Shown: piece by piece, positions 1-15,493 of the stretch
How positions within the stretch are numbered: position 1 is the stretch's first letter
Layout of the letters: each line of letters opens with the position of its first letter
NCBI GenBank assembly: GCA_964016885.1
Contig: OZ024743.1
Location: 301,196,001 to 301,260,000, forward strand
Direction: 5' to 3'
Length of the DNA stretch: 64,000 bases
From: Eledone cirrhosa
Lineage: Eukaryota
Program-made: the position numbers and the translations under genes
The notes under the pieces: generated by a model
What the model was told of the DNA's origin: nothing
Seen by the model: only the letters and a program-made list of their open reading frames with translations
The model's database searches: none

Positions 1-524
1 TGATGTTTTTGACTGTGGTGTATGTGGGGGTGGATGTGATGATATTGTGTTGGTGACGGTCGTTGGCTGGGATGCGCTGTGGTGTGGGGGTGGTGGATTT
101 ACATTCGCCTGTAGTGTATTTTGGGGTGGGTGTGATGATGACGGTGACGGTCGCTGGCTGGGATGGGTTGTGTGGTGTGGGGGTAGTGGGTTGTCGATAG
201 ACAGGTTGCGTATATCTGTGGTTGATTAATGTGTGTGGTGTTGTTGTTTATGGTAATTGAGCTTATAGTGGTGTGGTGGATGGGTTGGTGGTGTCAAATC
301 AATGGGGAGATACATACCTGGATACTGTTAGTCTGACAGACACGTTGTATACATATACATACGTATACATACTGACATATATACACCCATGCACCCATAT
401 ACACACACATACATACGTACACGTACCGTCACACATACTCATATCCATACATACACATACATACACACACACATATATATACACCTATATATATACACAC
501 ACACACATGTATATATACATATAA

Positions 525-1617
<1,093 letters not shown>

Positions 1618-2555
1618 TTACATATGTATATACACATACACATACATACACACGCGCACACACATATATGTATGTTCGCTTGTGTATATATATATATATA
1701 GAGAGAGAGGGGGTGTGCAGTGTCATTTGGAGAGTGGGGCGTAGTACATAGATAGAGGGCAGGTGGGGGCTAATGAAGATGGTGGTGTGCATATAAATAT
1801 ACTTATACACATACACACACACTTGCGATGGTTCGTGAAGGTATGTGTTGGCGACGTTAATCATGTTAATGATTGTTGAGGTATGGAGTTGTCCCATGTG
1901 GTGGTGGGGGTGCAGTTGTGGGGGACTAAATATATACAGGATCGAATATTACGATGGGTTACAGGTTAAAAAAAGTGACATAGGGAACACGGGGAAAAAA
2001 GTTTGTGGACGTATAGCGATGTGTGTTGTCATGCTGGTGGTGGCGGTGCTGGGGTGATATGTTCAACAGTATATATACATGATCAGATGTTACGGTGGTA
2101 AAGCTGAGAGAGAGGCCAGATATAACACAGTCGATCTGGGAGAGAGGGATGATATGTGTTGGTGATGTTAATGATGTTAATGATTGTTGAAGTATGGAGA
2201 TGTATCTAGAGGTGGCGGTGGTGATGTGTGCAACAGTACATTTACAGGATCGAGTTTTGCGAGGCGTTGTAGGTTAATGCAGGCAGAAGGAACATTGGGG
2301 ATTAGGGTTGGGAGTGTGGGATGGTAGACACATAGTGATGTGTGCGATGGTGGTGATGGTGGTGGTGGCGGCGGGATGATATGATCGATAGCATATTTAC
2401 AGGATCGGATGTTACTATGGATTACCAATCGTCCTTTCAATATATTACACTCTGTATAGCTCTACACCTCAACACAGAAGTGAACCTAAACATCGAGTGC
2501 TCTCCCGGGTGAACCAGCAGTAACTCCAAGTTACACTCCCTATATATATATATAT

Positions 2556-2750
2556 TAGTAAAAAGGAAAAGAAAATGGTGACAAATATTTCCCAGTGAGA
2601 AATAGTTTAATTAAGAATAAGTATAAATTAGTAGTAACTATTAGTTAATATTCAGTTTTAATTTTAAGTTTTTACCGGTTGCGCTCTCTTGCGGCTTGCA
2701 CAAATAGTTTTGAGATAGAGTGCTCGTGATTGTTGGTCTAATTTTTGGTC

Positions 2751-2755
<5 letters not shown>
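2556..2755 (-). mobile_element. Short diverged PLE 3'-end fragment, related to the 12398-12801 and 54218-54420 family
   Basis: Shares TTTTACCGGTTGCGC...TTTTGAGATAGAGTG with the 12.5 kb element; flanked by (TA)n. Confidence 0.6.
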
Positions 2756-2834
<79 letters not shown>

Positions 2835-3990
2835 TATATAGTAAACATTAATTCTCTAATTCGATTACTTTATTGTATCTAATTCTATCTAAATCTTCTC
2901 ACATTCATCGGGGCGTTCATGTAGACAGAATAACTTGATGTTCATCAGCAGCATTTTTAGTGTTGAACGTCACGTTGTTTTTCCTGTCTCATGCATTAAC
3001 TTTGCATTTCATCGTTACGGGGTCGATAAAATAAAGTCCCAGTAATGTACTGGGTAATTGCTGGCCTTGTGCCAAAATAGAAACAATTACTCATATCTTA
3101 TATATGGTGGCATTATTGTATGAACATCACCAAGCATCTAAAACGATCATCGAAATGCCATGAGTGGCAGATCCTTGAAAATAATACATCTCTTCCTTTG
3201 ATCATGTGGATGCCCGGGCATCCACATGACCAAAGCTATTTGCTATTGCAGAGGGGACAAATGTGCAACTGTATCGAAAACAACAATGACAATGTTGGTC
3301 AAACCGACGACCATCAATCTTCGCAAATAAAACATTATTTTTGGATCTTGGAACGCCCAATATAATTACCAAATACGCCTATAAAAGACAAAATAATTTA
3401 CAGATGATCTTCCTAGAATTAAATGGGATACCTAAAAGCTGGAAGAAGTCACATGCACTGGATTTGTTATAAAAAGACAGAATGGTTGCATAGCAGTATC
3501 CAGAAGAATCATTAATATATTATAGATTTCAACTCTGTCTGAAAACGCTGAAATGTGATGTTGATGCCGTCAAAGATTTTTTATGACTGGTTGAATGAAC
3601 TAATGAAAGCAGGACCTACAGATGACTTTCACATCGTCTTAGTTGACTGGGTTGCAAATGTAGTCTCGGTAGATATGAGCAATTCATATATAAATATAAA
3701 CCGAAAGCTCTTTGTTTTTCAGTTTACAGGGTAATTCCTTTACCCTGGCATATGTTCGAACTAAAAATTAGATAGTTTGTGCAATCTCTATTTCAAACTC
3801 TGTATGTATACATATATAAATGTATCACACACACCAGTGTGTACTGAGTTACATATCGCTCGAGATATTATATATATATATATATATATATAGTGGTGGA
3901 ACACTGGAAGGTAATATCCGTAGTGGTAGAGCACTCAGTCCAAGGGACGAGTTAGGTAGAAATGGTTACACAACAGTTAGTTCACACATA

Positions 3991-4030
3991 CCGAGAACAA
4001 TTGTTTCATCTTCGCGGATCTTCAGCTCGG
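3991..4030 (-). ncRNA. Type I hammerhead ribozyme (minimal)
   Basis: CCGAG-CTGAAGA-TCCGCGAAGAT-GAAAC-AATT-GTT-CTCGG; stem I CCGAG/CTCGG; palindromic stem III. Confidence 0.75.
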
Positions 4031-4424
4031 GATGTGTATGGTGATAGGAACAGGAAGGCCAGCCGTACGAACGCGCATGCGCAGAAACTCGGTCACTTCA
4101 AATAGGCAATACTAGACTGCGTGCGGGAGGTGTAAGGGAGATAACTGCGAAAGTCCTGAAAGATTTTATAGTTATTCGTTCGTCCATACATAAGCCACAC
4201 GTCGGATTTCCCCTTGCGTATGGCTTGGACTTAGTGATGGCTTTCCATTGATGGAGTAGCCTATATTTGAGTCCTTGAGGGACCATACGTGGCTCGCGAG
4301 TTTCGTGGATGAACGTCTGTCCGGGTATCTGAAGATAGACTAGTATTGACTGTGTGAAGTGACCGAGTTTCTGCGCATGCGCGTTCGTACGGTTGTCCTT
4401 CCTGTTTCTATAACCATACACATC

Positions 4425-4464
4425 CCGAGCTGAAGATCCGCGAAGGTGAAACAATTGTTCTCGG
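4425..4464 (+). ncRNA. Type I hammerhead ribozyme (minimal)
   Basis: CCGAG-CTGAAGA-T-CC-GCGAA-GG-T-GAAAC-AATT-GTT-CTCGG; GUU cleavage triplet. Confidence 0.8.
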
Positions 4465-4492
4465 TATGGTGAACTAACTGTTGTGTAACCAC

Positions 4493-4564
<72 letters not shown>

Positions 4565-6130
4565 GGAAATTATTTAATTTTTCATCTACGATGAGAATAT
4601 CTAATGTTATTCTGGGATTATGGTAGTAGAGGTATGGCAATAGAAATATCAAGATCTAAACTGTAGGCGGTTTCAGGATATTTTATGAAAGGTAATTAAT
4701 TACATTTCAAAATAAGTTAAGAGATGCTCGTAAATTAAATTATTCCTTAATCCATCGTCATGTTTGACTCGTCAGCGCAAAGTGTAAGTTAGAAATATGG
4801 ATGTTTATTAAACCATTTCAAAAGGTTTCCTAGATACGTCCAAAACGTAAAAATTTCAAACCCTGAAGAGTGAATGACAGACTGTAATGAATGTTTAAGA
4901 CATTAGATTGATTATCTATATATTCTTTCGTCCGTTGTCTTATTTTTCATACCGAAAATGTGTAATTCAAATTAAACGCTTGGACATTTGTTTTCTTTTA
5001 TTGCTTTCCTTTCTATGATTCTCCTCTATCTTTTAACGGGATTTTCAAAACACTCCTCCCCACATATATTCTCATTTAAATGAAGGAATTGCTATTTCTC
5101 TCCAGCATACGGTTGGTCATTAGCTAACAAATATCTATTTAATAAGCTTAACCATAATAACCTAACATCATGAATCCTAAATAATAATTGCAGTTTATAA
5201 AAACATAGCAAGTAACATTTTTGTTTCGCCCACTCATGAATTCACCGTTGAAGTTTGTTTCCTTTATATATTTTTACTAATTTTCAATTTCGTATTTCAG
5301 TGGATTCGGTCGCATTTGGAAGTAATTGGTATTCAAATTAACAATGGGAACTAATGGAAAGATTTTTAGCTACATTTTATCAGTATGGCACTGCTCTTTA
5401 TCACGGTTTCATATTTCTAGATGGAGCAAATAAATAATGGTTTGTGAGTTCTTGCTGGGATAGTGAATTGAGGTAGTTTAATGTGTGTTAGAGCTGTTGA
5501 ATTTTACATGCTAAGATTTCATGAGCTAGTCCCTAGTAAATGGAAATTAGCTAACCATGGTGATCAATCATGCATTTTTTTCAGGATACATTGATCGCAT
5601 CATTATTTGTTTCACAGTCTTTGTATATTTCTTTTCATGGATTCTGTCATGAAATTTGAGAGGTTCGTCGGCTTTTTTTAAAGCATTTCCAGATATTTAG
5701 AATGCTATTCCTTCTATGCATTTTGAGATAAAACTTGTGTTAACACAGATAATCCTCGAATAATTATGTTCTCATTTCCTATTTATATTTGAGATATTTA
5801 TTCGCGCTAAAATGCCTGGTATAAATAATTTAATAGGGTGAAACAATTTGGTTACTTTCACCTAGACCTCATGAAGATAAAGCCAGCTCGCAATGCAATG
5901 CCTAATATTGTTTGTAATAATTTGGATCAGCTCGGAATATAGTATATGAATACACTTAAAATGAGTTGAGGACTTAATTTTGTGAAAATAGCAATTCTTG
6001 GTTAAACTGCTTTTTACACTAGCCATATCAGCATACGAAAAACTACGTTTATGTATGTATGTATGTATGTATGTATGTATGTATGTATGTATGTATGTAT
6101 GTATGTATGTATGTATGTATGTATGTATGT

Positions 6131-6737
6131 CAGGTCACCAGTTGGTGTTACTGGTAACATGTATCCCAGTACAACCTGTCTCAATGTTGGGTCGTTGGCG
6201 ACTAAACTGGCAACCCCACCATGGTTTCTTGGTGAGGAGGGTGACATTGGACATCCTGCAGGACTAAAAACAAAACCTGTCAAAGGGCAAAGGAGCTCTT
6301 AAGAATCAATGGCCATCCAAAATCACCGGGAGAGTTGACCCCTTAGCCTTTGTCAAGGCAGAATTCTATGAGAAGGAAAACTCTGATATAACACCTGCAA
6401 CTCTGATGGTATCCAATGATATTGACTTGTTCTTCTTTTTGGTAAATATCATCTTGGTTAAGAGAGTGGGACTGGCTTTCTGCAGTGCCTTTGCTCCCTA
6501 TAAAATCTTCACGGCACAGGCATTGCTTTATATCTGGAGATCTCTCTGCACTTGTCGTCACATGGTACCATGGGCCCAGCACTATGTGTCAATAATTGTC
6601 ACAAGTGTAGTGTTCGTACCAGAGTTTTCAAGTCACTAGCTGGACTAAAAAGTCACACTCGTTCAGCACATCGGTAGGGGTTCTCCTACGTGGATATAAA
6701 GTAGTGGCCGTACTCGAAAACGAGTGGGCATCCACCA
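6131..6737 (+). mobile_element. Short RTE-derived non-autonomous element (5' UTR joined to a LINE 3' end)
   Basis: 5' part resembles 25426-25760 (CTGGTAACATGTA-CCCAGTACAA, CTTGGTGAGGAGGGTGA, GAGAAGGAAAACTCTGA); 3' part encodes HKCSVRTRVFKSLAGLKSHTRSAHR*, a C2H2-like RTE terminus. Confidence 0.65.
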
Positions 6738-6749
6738 TGTCTGTACGTA

Positions 6750-7326
6750 TGTTATTTTACTTTTATAATTTCAGAACTTTTCATTTTCCTAATAGAGAGA
6801 GAGTCGGTTTCTAACATAGATACAAGCCTCTCTCATTGGAATTTACACAACATCAACTAAGTAGATTATGTATGCATGCATATGTAGATATGGATGTTAT
6901 GGTATGTGTGGATGTGGATGTTTTGACTTGTATGTGTGCATGTGTATATGCTTTGTATCTGTACATGTGCATATGCAGTTATTAGATGCAACATTTTTGG
7001 AATGTTTTACATATTTTTACTGTTCCATTTATGGATTGTACTTGTAATTTCCTAACCAGTTGTGTCCTTTCTGTTCCTGTGAAGCCTAGCTTCTCAAGAT
7101 TTGTATTGAGGCAGTTACTAACATAGCCCAGTGCCCCAATAATCAAAGGCATACTCCTGAAGATGTAATCAGGGTGGAATATCTGCAGATTTCTCATCAG
7201 TTCTGCATAAATATTCTCCTCTTCGTTAATCTTTGATATTATATTGGCATCTGCTGGGCAGCTAATTTCCACAACTGTGCATGCTTTCTTCTCCCTGTCC
7301 CATATCGTAATATCTGGTCTGTTATG
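6750..7326 (-). mobile_element. R4/NeSL-like non-LTR retrotransposon 3' fragment (restriction-like endonuclease)
   Basis: ORF 6982-7329 HNRPDITIWDREKKACTVVEISCPAD...PLIIGALG is a PD-(D/E)xK RLE domain. Confidence 0.85.
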
Positions 7327-7369
7327 CATGTATGTATGTATTTATGTATGTATGTATGCATGTACGCAT

Positions 7370-10000
7370 GTTTCTCTTTCTCTTAATTTCGAGTACATTT
7401 TTGACCGGCGACCTTCCTGGTGGCATGGTTGTTAAAGAAAATAAATTATCATCCTTCGAATCGCAAGAATGGTTTGCAAATGTAAGGTGCCAGCTATCGC
7501 AACCATTTGTAGTTTATGTATTATGGAACTGCGTTCGTCGTACACAAATCCAAGTTCAGTTAAACTTTGGTCCAAGTGGGTTGGTTTATAACCTGTAGCA
7601 CCAATAATGATTGGTATGAAGCTGAATGTGTATCTTGGATACTGGATCAGAAAACTCCTCATCTATATTCCGTAGGTATTATTCTTCTGAAATATTTTTC
7701 TCACAACGTTTACATCAAGTGGGTAGCCGATCTCTACTACAGAGCACTTGTTCAATGTGTGGACCGAAAAAGCAGTATGAGGCCGGTTGTGACTTAAGTT
7801 GATGGCAGTTTTTATTTTCAGGTTGCACGAGCATTACTCAGTGTCAGCTATCTCAACATATTCCTCCTCCTTTGTTTTTGATTTTGTTTTCCTAAGTGCG
7901 TTGCAGATGGTTCTAGCTATCACATCGTGTCTCCTAGGAAAGTAGTAACGAGACGGCATTCCTTCGCAGTTGGGAACAATGTGGTTAACATCTTCGATCT
8001 TTGTTTTACAAAGCCTACATTTATTGTTGACTGGTGGGCCTCCACTTTTGTGTAGGAGATACTTGGTGGGGATTTCTTGTTCCTGTATTGCATAGCGATA
8101 TCTTCGAGATGGAATGTTATAAACTTGCGGAAATCCATTCCAGGCTTTCAAAATGATTTATCCTCATTATTGTTTGTGTTTATCGTCTCAGGTATCCATG
8201 CAAAACTTTCTCTGTAAATTGGTCCATTTTTTAAATCTTGTTCGAACATTGAATAGGATCTTCCAATTTCCCTGGGAGAGAGATTTATATCAGGGCTTAT
8301 TCCATATCTCTCCTCCAGTTCAGTGGTTATCCTAATGATATTATTTCGGTGGATTGGCAGTATCCGTAGAATCAGATGCAATGCCTTACAGCATAGTTAC
8401 GTTCCTTTACGTTCTGAGTTCAAATCCATCCAATATTATCTTTGCCATTCATCTTTACGGGGTCTATAAAATAAAGTACCAGTAATTTACTGGAATAATT
8501 GTTGGACTTTTTCTTCGGCTACAGAGGGTTGCAGATATTTTTCGACTGTTGAAGATGTTGCTTCCCGGACCTTGTATGATGTAAATATGGATTTAAGACC
8601 CGGGCCACCATCCTTGCGTGCAAGCTATAGCCTATCAACATCACCATTGATGTTTAAGTTGCCAGTAACACTGAGCAGCTTGCGAGTTGTTACATCCATC
8701 TCACTTAGTTCTTGCGATTACGTGTTCAGCATGCCAGATGCTGATGTTAGGATTGGCAGAGCATAAGTATTGTGAGCAATGCACGCTAATAGTCCTGATG
8801 ACCATATTTTCTTTACTCTCCTGAGGTATTCAGTTCTGGTTCTCTCCTTATATTTGGGTCCATCTTATCTGATATTCTCATCCTGAGCAATATATCTCTA
8901 GTTGTCACCTGACTATAGAGGTTGTATTTTCAAGCCGTTCATCTCTAGATTTCCAGAGGAAATATGCACATTTGGACACACCAAATTTCATTCTGATGTC
9001 TATAGAAAATTGTTTAATAAGATCTAATTGTTTTTTATTATATAGTTGGTATTTGGACCATACAACTTCAGGTCATTAACAAAGAAAAGATGGGAGATAC
9101 TTCTGGACACACTTCTATGACCACTTTATTTTGTGAGCAGGTATGATAGTGGGTTTAGTGAGAGGACGAAGAGCATCACTGATAAGCTATCACCCTGAAA
9201 GATGCCTATCTGGTAGTGTATAATATCAGTCTCAATTTGCTCCTTCTCACCCCTAAGAATCAAAGTTGTGTACCAGTTCTTGGTCAGTCGTTTAACAGCA
9301 GCTACGAGTGGTTGTAGGACTTTGACTAACTGCAGTGTCTTAATAATCCACCCACGAGATCCACTATCAAAAGCGTTTTGGTAGTCCAGCCACACCACAG
9401 TCATGTTCCTGCGATTCTTTGCTGTTTTTTCCCGTATTATTTCATTTGTTAGTAGGTGTTCTATGCAGCCCCACACCTCTTTGCACCTGCTTGCTCAGGT
9501 GTTATAATGTTATTGGTGGCACAATGACCCTGTAAGAACAGATTAAGGCAGCCATTTGGGGAATGAGGAGAGTAGTGGCAGTTGATAAACATTGGGGCAG
9601 TTCTTGTGTGCCTATAATGGTTTCTCTAAATAGCCGTAAGAGATCTTGGCGATAGAAAGTGATATTCCTCAGCCAGTATCCTCTTATGAAGTCTGGGCAT
9701 GGTGATTTCCTATTCAACATTTCCCGTTGAGTTCTTTCCAGTATTGATCCACATGTGTCATATTGTATTGTCAGGACATGCTGTTCCAGTTCTTTTAGCC
9801 GTTTAGTTTGTTTCTTAAATCCGTCATTTGTTTCCCATACCGATCTCCAGTGCTCTTTCTTTTGTTTTGTAGGAGTGTAATTTACAGAGATTGATCTTTT
9901 CCCAGTGAAGCTGCGATAAACTGATTTAGGATCTCTGGCAAATAATATATTTAGCACTTGCCGTTTATGTGCTATTAAATTTTATTTTAGTCTCTTAGTT
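7370..10000 (-). mobile_element. Degenerate R4/NeSL-like non-LTR retrotransposon (RT, CCHC finger, RLE), interrupted by a SINE
   Basis: WLDYQNAFDS and GIFQGDSLS RT motifs (9126-9476); CRLCKTKIEDVNHIVPNC...RHD (7834-8151); FIPIIIGATG (7432-7662); many frameshifts. Confidence 0.88.
8348..8510 (+). mobile_element. tRNA-derived SINE (octopus-type family)
   Basis: GGTGGATTGGCAG head, B-box GAGTTCAAATCC, body ...ATAAAATAAAGTACCAGT; other copies at ~3000-3090, 22610-22735, 33492-33685, 44635-44930(-), 48045-48095, 48608-48805(-), 50203-50375(-). Confidence 0.85.
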
Positions 10001-11234
10001 GCAACTGATTTGTTGTTTCAACTGGTGTAGTTTGGAGTTTAGAGTTATAAATCTTGTATCTCGAAATCGACTCTCTATTTTCTTTAAATTACGTCCTCCT
10101 GACGTCGTGTGAAGCTGCTATTTATGTTGTATTTTATAACTATAGTGATCTGTGAGATACTTCGTATCAGGGAAAATATATTTTTTTCAAATAACGTTTC
10201 CACGTTGGTTCAGGCTTTCTGTTTGTATCTAGGTTGCGTGGTTTTACATGGTTATGATAGGATAGCATATGTATGTATGCAAGCATGATTATTTGTATAT
10301 ATTCCAGTATGTACGCTTGAAATAAGTAGTTAGGAATGGTGAATTTATCACATTATTTTTAGTCAAGATTAGGAATATAATTTAAGAATATAATTGTAAA
10401 CTTAAACGTTAATATATCAATCAATAAATGTAATTAAGATTCTAATAACCAACTAATCTGACTGCATTTAATAAATATTCATTGTGTGCCTGACAAGGTT
10501 ACTGATCAACTGGTCAGTGTTCGACGACTGGCATGAATAATCCCATCTATCTAGAAAATACAGAGAGGTTTCTGTGTGGTTAAATAATCTGACCAACACT
10601 CGTGCCTTGAAAATATTTGAAACAAAGAAATTCAGTAAATTATTTTCAAATACTGATTTAGATATTTTGAATAAATTGGCTATCTTACAGAATTTATAAT
10701 ATATAACAAGTTTCATAATAATGCATATTTTATGAGATTCTACAAATATACGATTTCGTATATGATGATATCTCTCATTCCGATGATATTTCTAAATTAT
10801 TTACTAAATGAAATCTGAAGGATAGTTTCATCCCGCCTTCCGATTTTATGTTCCTAGATAAATCTTTCTCTCCAGAACATAAAACCGGAAGGCAGGATGA
10901 AATCAGGATATTATTATTGATTCTCAGGTACGTCATTACAACAAGAATAATTGCGTACATACATTTTATCAAGGTAGTCATACTCTGAATCGCCGAAAAT
11001 ATATCTATAGACAAAAATATTTTTATGAAAATTATGAGGATCAAAAGTAGGTGACTTTCAATAAACTGCAGTTATTTTACCTTAAATTTGTTTGCGTTTT
11101 AACAAGCACAAATAAGGTGATCTGTAATTATAATTATTTAGTGATGTGAGAATGATTGTAAATGGATTGCTGGATTATAAACAAGGCCACTTCATAATTC
11201 TGTTTTGCATATAGTGAACGTAAAACAACTTAAT

Positions 11235-11473
11235 CACTGAAACAATTGTTAATACTGTAAATAAAACCCTTTTTGTACTGTTGACCATGCTATTCTTCAC
11301 TCTTTCACTATTATTACTCCAAGATTAACCCGCATAGGAATTCCCGAGAACTCGCAGACTCGCTACATTAGGAAACCTCTTGTTGAGTCAAACAACGCCT
11401 TACGTTAACACTATCCACAATAAGGAGTATTCACAACTTCTAACTGGATTACCTATAACAATAATTTGTTATC

Positions 11474-11476
<3 letters not shown>
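11235..11476 (+). mobile_element. Old PLE-like 3'-end fragment, homologous to 62370-62615 (-)
   Basis: Both share TTATTACTCCAAG...CATAGGA...CTTGTTGAGTCAAAC...CGTTAA...ATCCAC; hammerhead remnant GAAACAATTGTT followed by AATAAA; ends at (TA)n. Confidence 0.5.
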
Positions 11477-11508
<32 letters not shown>

Positions 11509-12326
11509 GGGGGTGGGGGTGTTTACAATACATAAATATGTAGATAAATGCGATGTAAATTGCATTGACGCATGAAATAAGATTTTACGAAATTCGAAAG
11601 CCGTCTTTCTTTAAAACACTTGTCTTTGTGCACATATCTACAACCGTTCACACACACACATATATACATATATATACTCATATAAATTATTCAGGGATAC
11701 AAACACACGTAACAGAAACATGAATATGGGATATCACACACAAATACTCATGCACATTGGCATGACGCCACTGTTTCTTTTTCTGAAATTGCTGCCAGGA
11801 ATGACAAGGTTTAGCAACTGCATAAATCGTTCAAATTCAACTCCTGTGAAATTAAACCAGTTCGAAATATAAAATAAATTGTTCTTCATATAAATTTCTT
11901 TATGCGCAACAAAATTTATATCATCCAGCAATTTATATTATACAGTTATGAAAAAGATATATATTCTTTTAAATTTGGTAGGACGGGCACATGTTCAACA
12001 CTCTCATCTTACTCATCTTAGAACAACATTATGAATTGCGAAATATATTTAAGTTCATGTATTAGGATATAGTACTGGAACAAATCTATATACTTTTAAG
12101 TATCGCAAAGAAAATATTAATATGTCACTATTAGCGACACTCTCCAGAATGTGACAGAGATTATGACGTTTGTTAATCAGTATAAGTCATGTGATACACT
12201 CGATATATATAAACATTGAAATGCCAAATGAATTAACGACGGAGATATAAAAGAGAAAACCAACCAAACAGTGAGTGTGCTCTGTTATTATTTCTGGCAC
12301 TATTATTACGAAAATGTGACCCTCTC

Positions 12327-12368
<42 letters not shown>

Positions 12369-12397
12369 AAAGAATAGAGGTGTAACACACAAGTTAT

Positions 12398-12945
<548 letters not shown>

Positions 12946-13048
12946 AATGAAGTAATTCCATCGGAAAAGTCCAGGAAAAAAGAGTGCTCTATGTAAGCAA
13001 CAGAGCTTAATTATTATTATTATGTAATAAACAACATAAGGCAATTAT

Positions 13049-13106
13049 TCCATTTACCAGTGGTTTCTTAAAAGCAAAAGGTTTTGCTTTCAATCCTCAG
13101 AATGAA
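13049..13106 (-). ncRNA. Type I hammerhead ribozyme (GUA site)
   Basis: TTCATT-CTGAGGA-TTGAAAGCAAAA-CC-TTTTGCTTTTAA-GAAAC-CACTG-GTA-AATGGA; long stem II, canonical core. Confidence 0.85.
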
Positions 13107-13316
13107 AAATCCTGGTTTGTTTATTGAATATGGATTCTAAAAACGAAAATGCAATCTATATGAAAGTGAGGCTGGAAAAGGGAGAAGGAAAGGAAAAATA
13201 AAATAAAATAAAACTACACATGCAAACACACACAAAAAAACCCAAAAGCATACTTACACACACACACATATATACACATATAATTTGCACGCATACACAT
13301 ATACACATACACATAC

Positions 13317-13367
<51 letters not shown>

Positions 13368-13468
13368 CACATACATACACATATATATATATAAAGAGCG
13401 TACACCTACACACACATACACATATATATACACACATATACACATACATATATTCATACATACACACG

Positions 13469-13504
<36 letters not shown>

Positions 13505-13526
13505 TATATATACACATGTACATATC

Positions 13527-13566
<40 letters not shown>

Positions 13567-14017
13567 CATATACACACATATACACATATACATACACACA
13601 CACACACACACACACACATGTGTGTGTACAAGCCTACACATACACACACACATATATATACACACACATATACATACATTCACACAAACATACAACGTAC
13701 ATACATACACATACATGAATGCACTCCACTACATATTAACACACGCAAATAAATATAAGAAAAAAATATATAAATAATATTAACAAATATTTGACAGCGA
13801 TACATGCCCCAGCTAACAGGACAGACACGCGTGGTAAGTAATACACACATAAGCGCATATACATACGTTCGAAATAGTAAACACATACACACACTCTCAC
13901 ACATAAATATACATATACAAATACATAAACACGTACATACACATACATACGCAAACACGTACACGTATACAATATAAACACACACATGTATATGTAATTA
14001 TATACACACACACACAC

Positions 14018-14068
<51 letters not shown>

Positions 14069-14521
14069 CAAAAATATAAAAATATAAACGCACACACACA
14101 TATAAATACGTAAACACACATATACATACATAGCTAAACAATTATACACATGCAAATACGTATATATCAAAAGAACGCACAACCAAATACAAACACACAC
14201 ACATATATACACACACACACACCCACACACAAACCCACACATACATAAAAATAAATAAAAACACACGCAACATATACATACATACACGTACATATACATA
14301 TATACATATATACATATACATATATATATATACACATATATATACACAAATATATATATATATATATATACACACATACACGTACACATACACACATGCA
14401 TACACATACACACACACATATACATGTGTGTATGTGTAAAGCTCAGTATTAGATAAGACAAATGAACCTTACATAAACGTATATATAGTAGTAAAGTAAT
14501 AAAGCCATACAAGGCAATTAA

Positions 14522-14579
14522 TCCATTCACCAGAGGTTTCTTAAAAGCAAAAAAAGTTTCCTTCAATCTTCAGAATGAA
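14522..14579 (-). ncRNA. Hammerhead-like motif with GUG at the cleavage triplet
   Basis: CATT-CTGAAGA-stem II-GAAAC-CTCTG-GTG-AATG. Confidence 0.65.
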
Positions 14580-14974
14580 ATATACAAATATATACACACA
14601 TACAGACACGCACACACACATATATATATATACATATATATATACATGTACATATATATATATATATATATATATACAGACATATATACATACACACATA
14701 TACACACACATACATATACATACATACATACACATATATATATACATACACAAACATATACGTACACATATACATATATACACACAAAAATACATACACA
14801 TACACATAGGTATGTGAAGGGCAAAACAAAAAGAATATATGGGGTGGGGGGCCTAGAGGAGGTAAAAATATAAAGGGAGGTAAGGGAGAAAAAAATATTT
14901 TTTAAATACAAGATTACAGAAGGTAGAAGCAGCAAAATAAAAGCCGTAGCAAAAGTAAAGAGCAGAGAAGGAGT

Positions 14975-15493
14975 TCAAGGCGGTTGATTTATCGTAGGAG
15001 TGTCAATCCAGTTACAGATCAGATGCGATTTCAGATGAGGACAGCATCTGAAGATCTCAGTCTTAGAGTTAAGGCAAGCGGAAGTGTCTCTCAAGTTTAG
15101 CAAAATCCTATACTTTTCTGTGGTACACAAAGAACAATTCTTTGTGCCCCTTTGGTACTCCCTCGAATGGTCTAATATAGACCAATCAATAGAGTACGGG
15201 ATATTACTATCCTTGAGATCCCATACCTTACTTGCGAGGGCTGTTGATGTTCGTTTATCTGAGTGTTTAAAAGAAGCGACATGTGAGTAAAATCTGGTTT
15301 TAAACCTGTCCTGGGTCATACCGACATATCGCTCGCTTCTGGCTGGCTGGTTGTTGATAACTGGCGTTATTTTAGCCTCATAAACGACAGATTTTGTTTT
15401 ACATTTACCCTGCAATGGGCATTCATCCGGCTTCCTGCAACTGCATCCTGGATTTATCCTCGTACGGTTTGAACTGGTGATTTTGGATTTCAT
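14975..15493 (-). pseudogene. PLE linker plus GIY-YIG endonuclease domain (5'-truncated ORF)
   Basis: GCSCRKPDECPLQGKC (CxCx5Cx5C), VVY...YVG...FKTRFYSH, CSLCTTEK, LNSKTEIFRCCPH. Confidence 0.92.

Larger units (their letters stand above)
3892..4497 (-). mobile_element. 5'-truncated Penelope-like element: GIY-YIG C-terminal remnant with an inverted copy of its 3' end (arms 3957-4100 and 4355-4497) and a tail at 3892-3956
   Basis: Minus-strand peptide QWKAITKSKPYARGNPTCGLCMDER matches the PLE endonuclease C-terminus; ~140-bp inverted arms; (TA)n on both sides. Confidence 0.85.
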
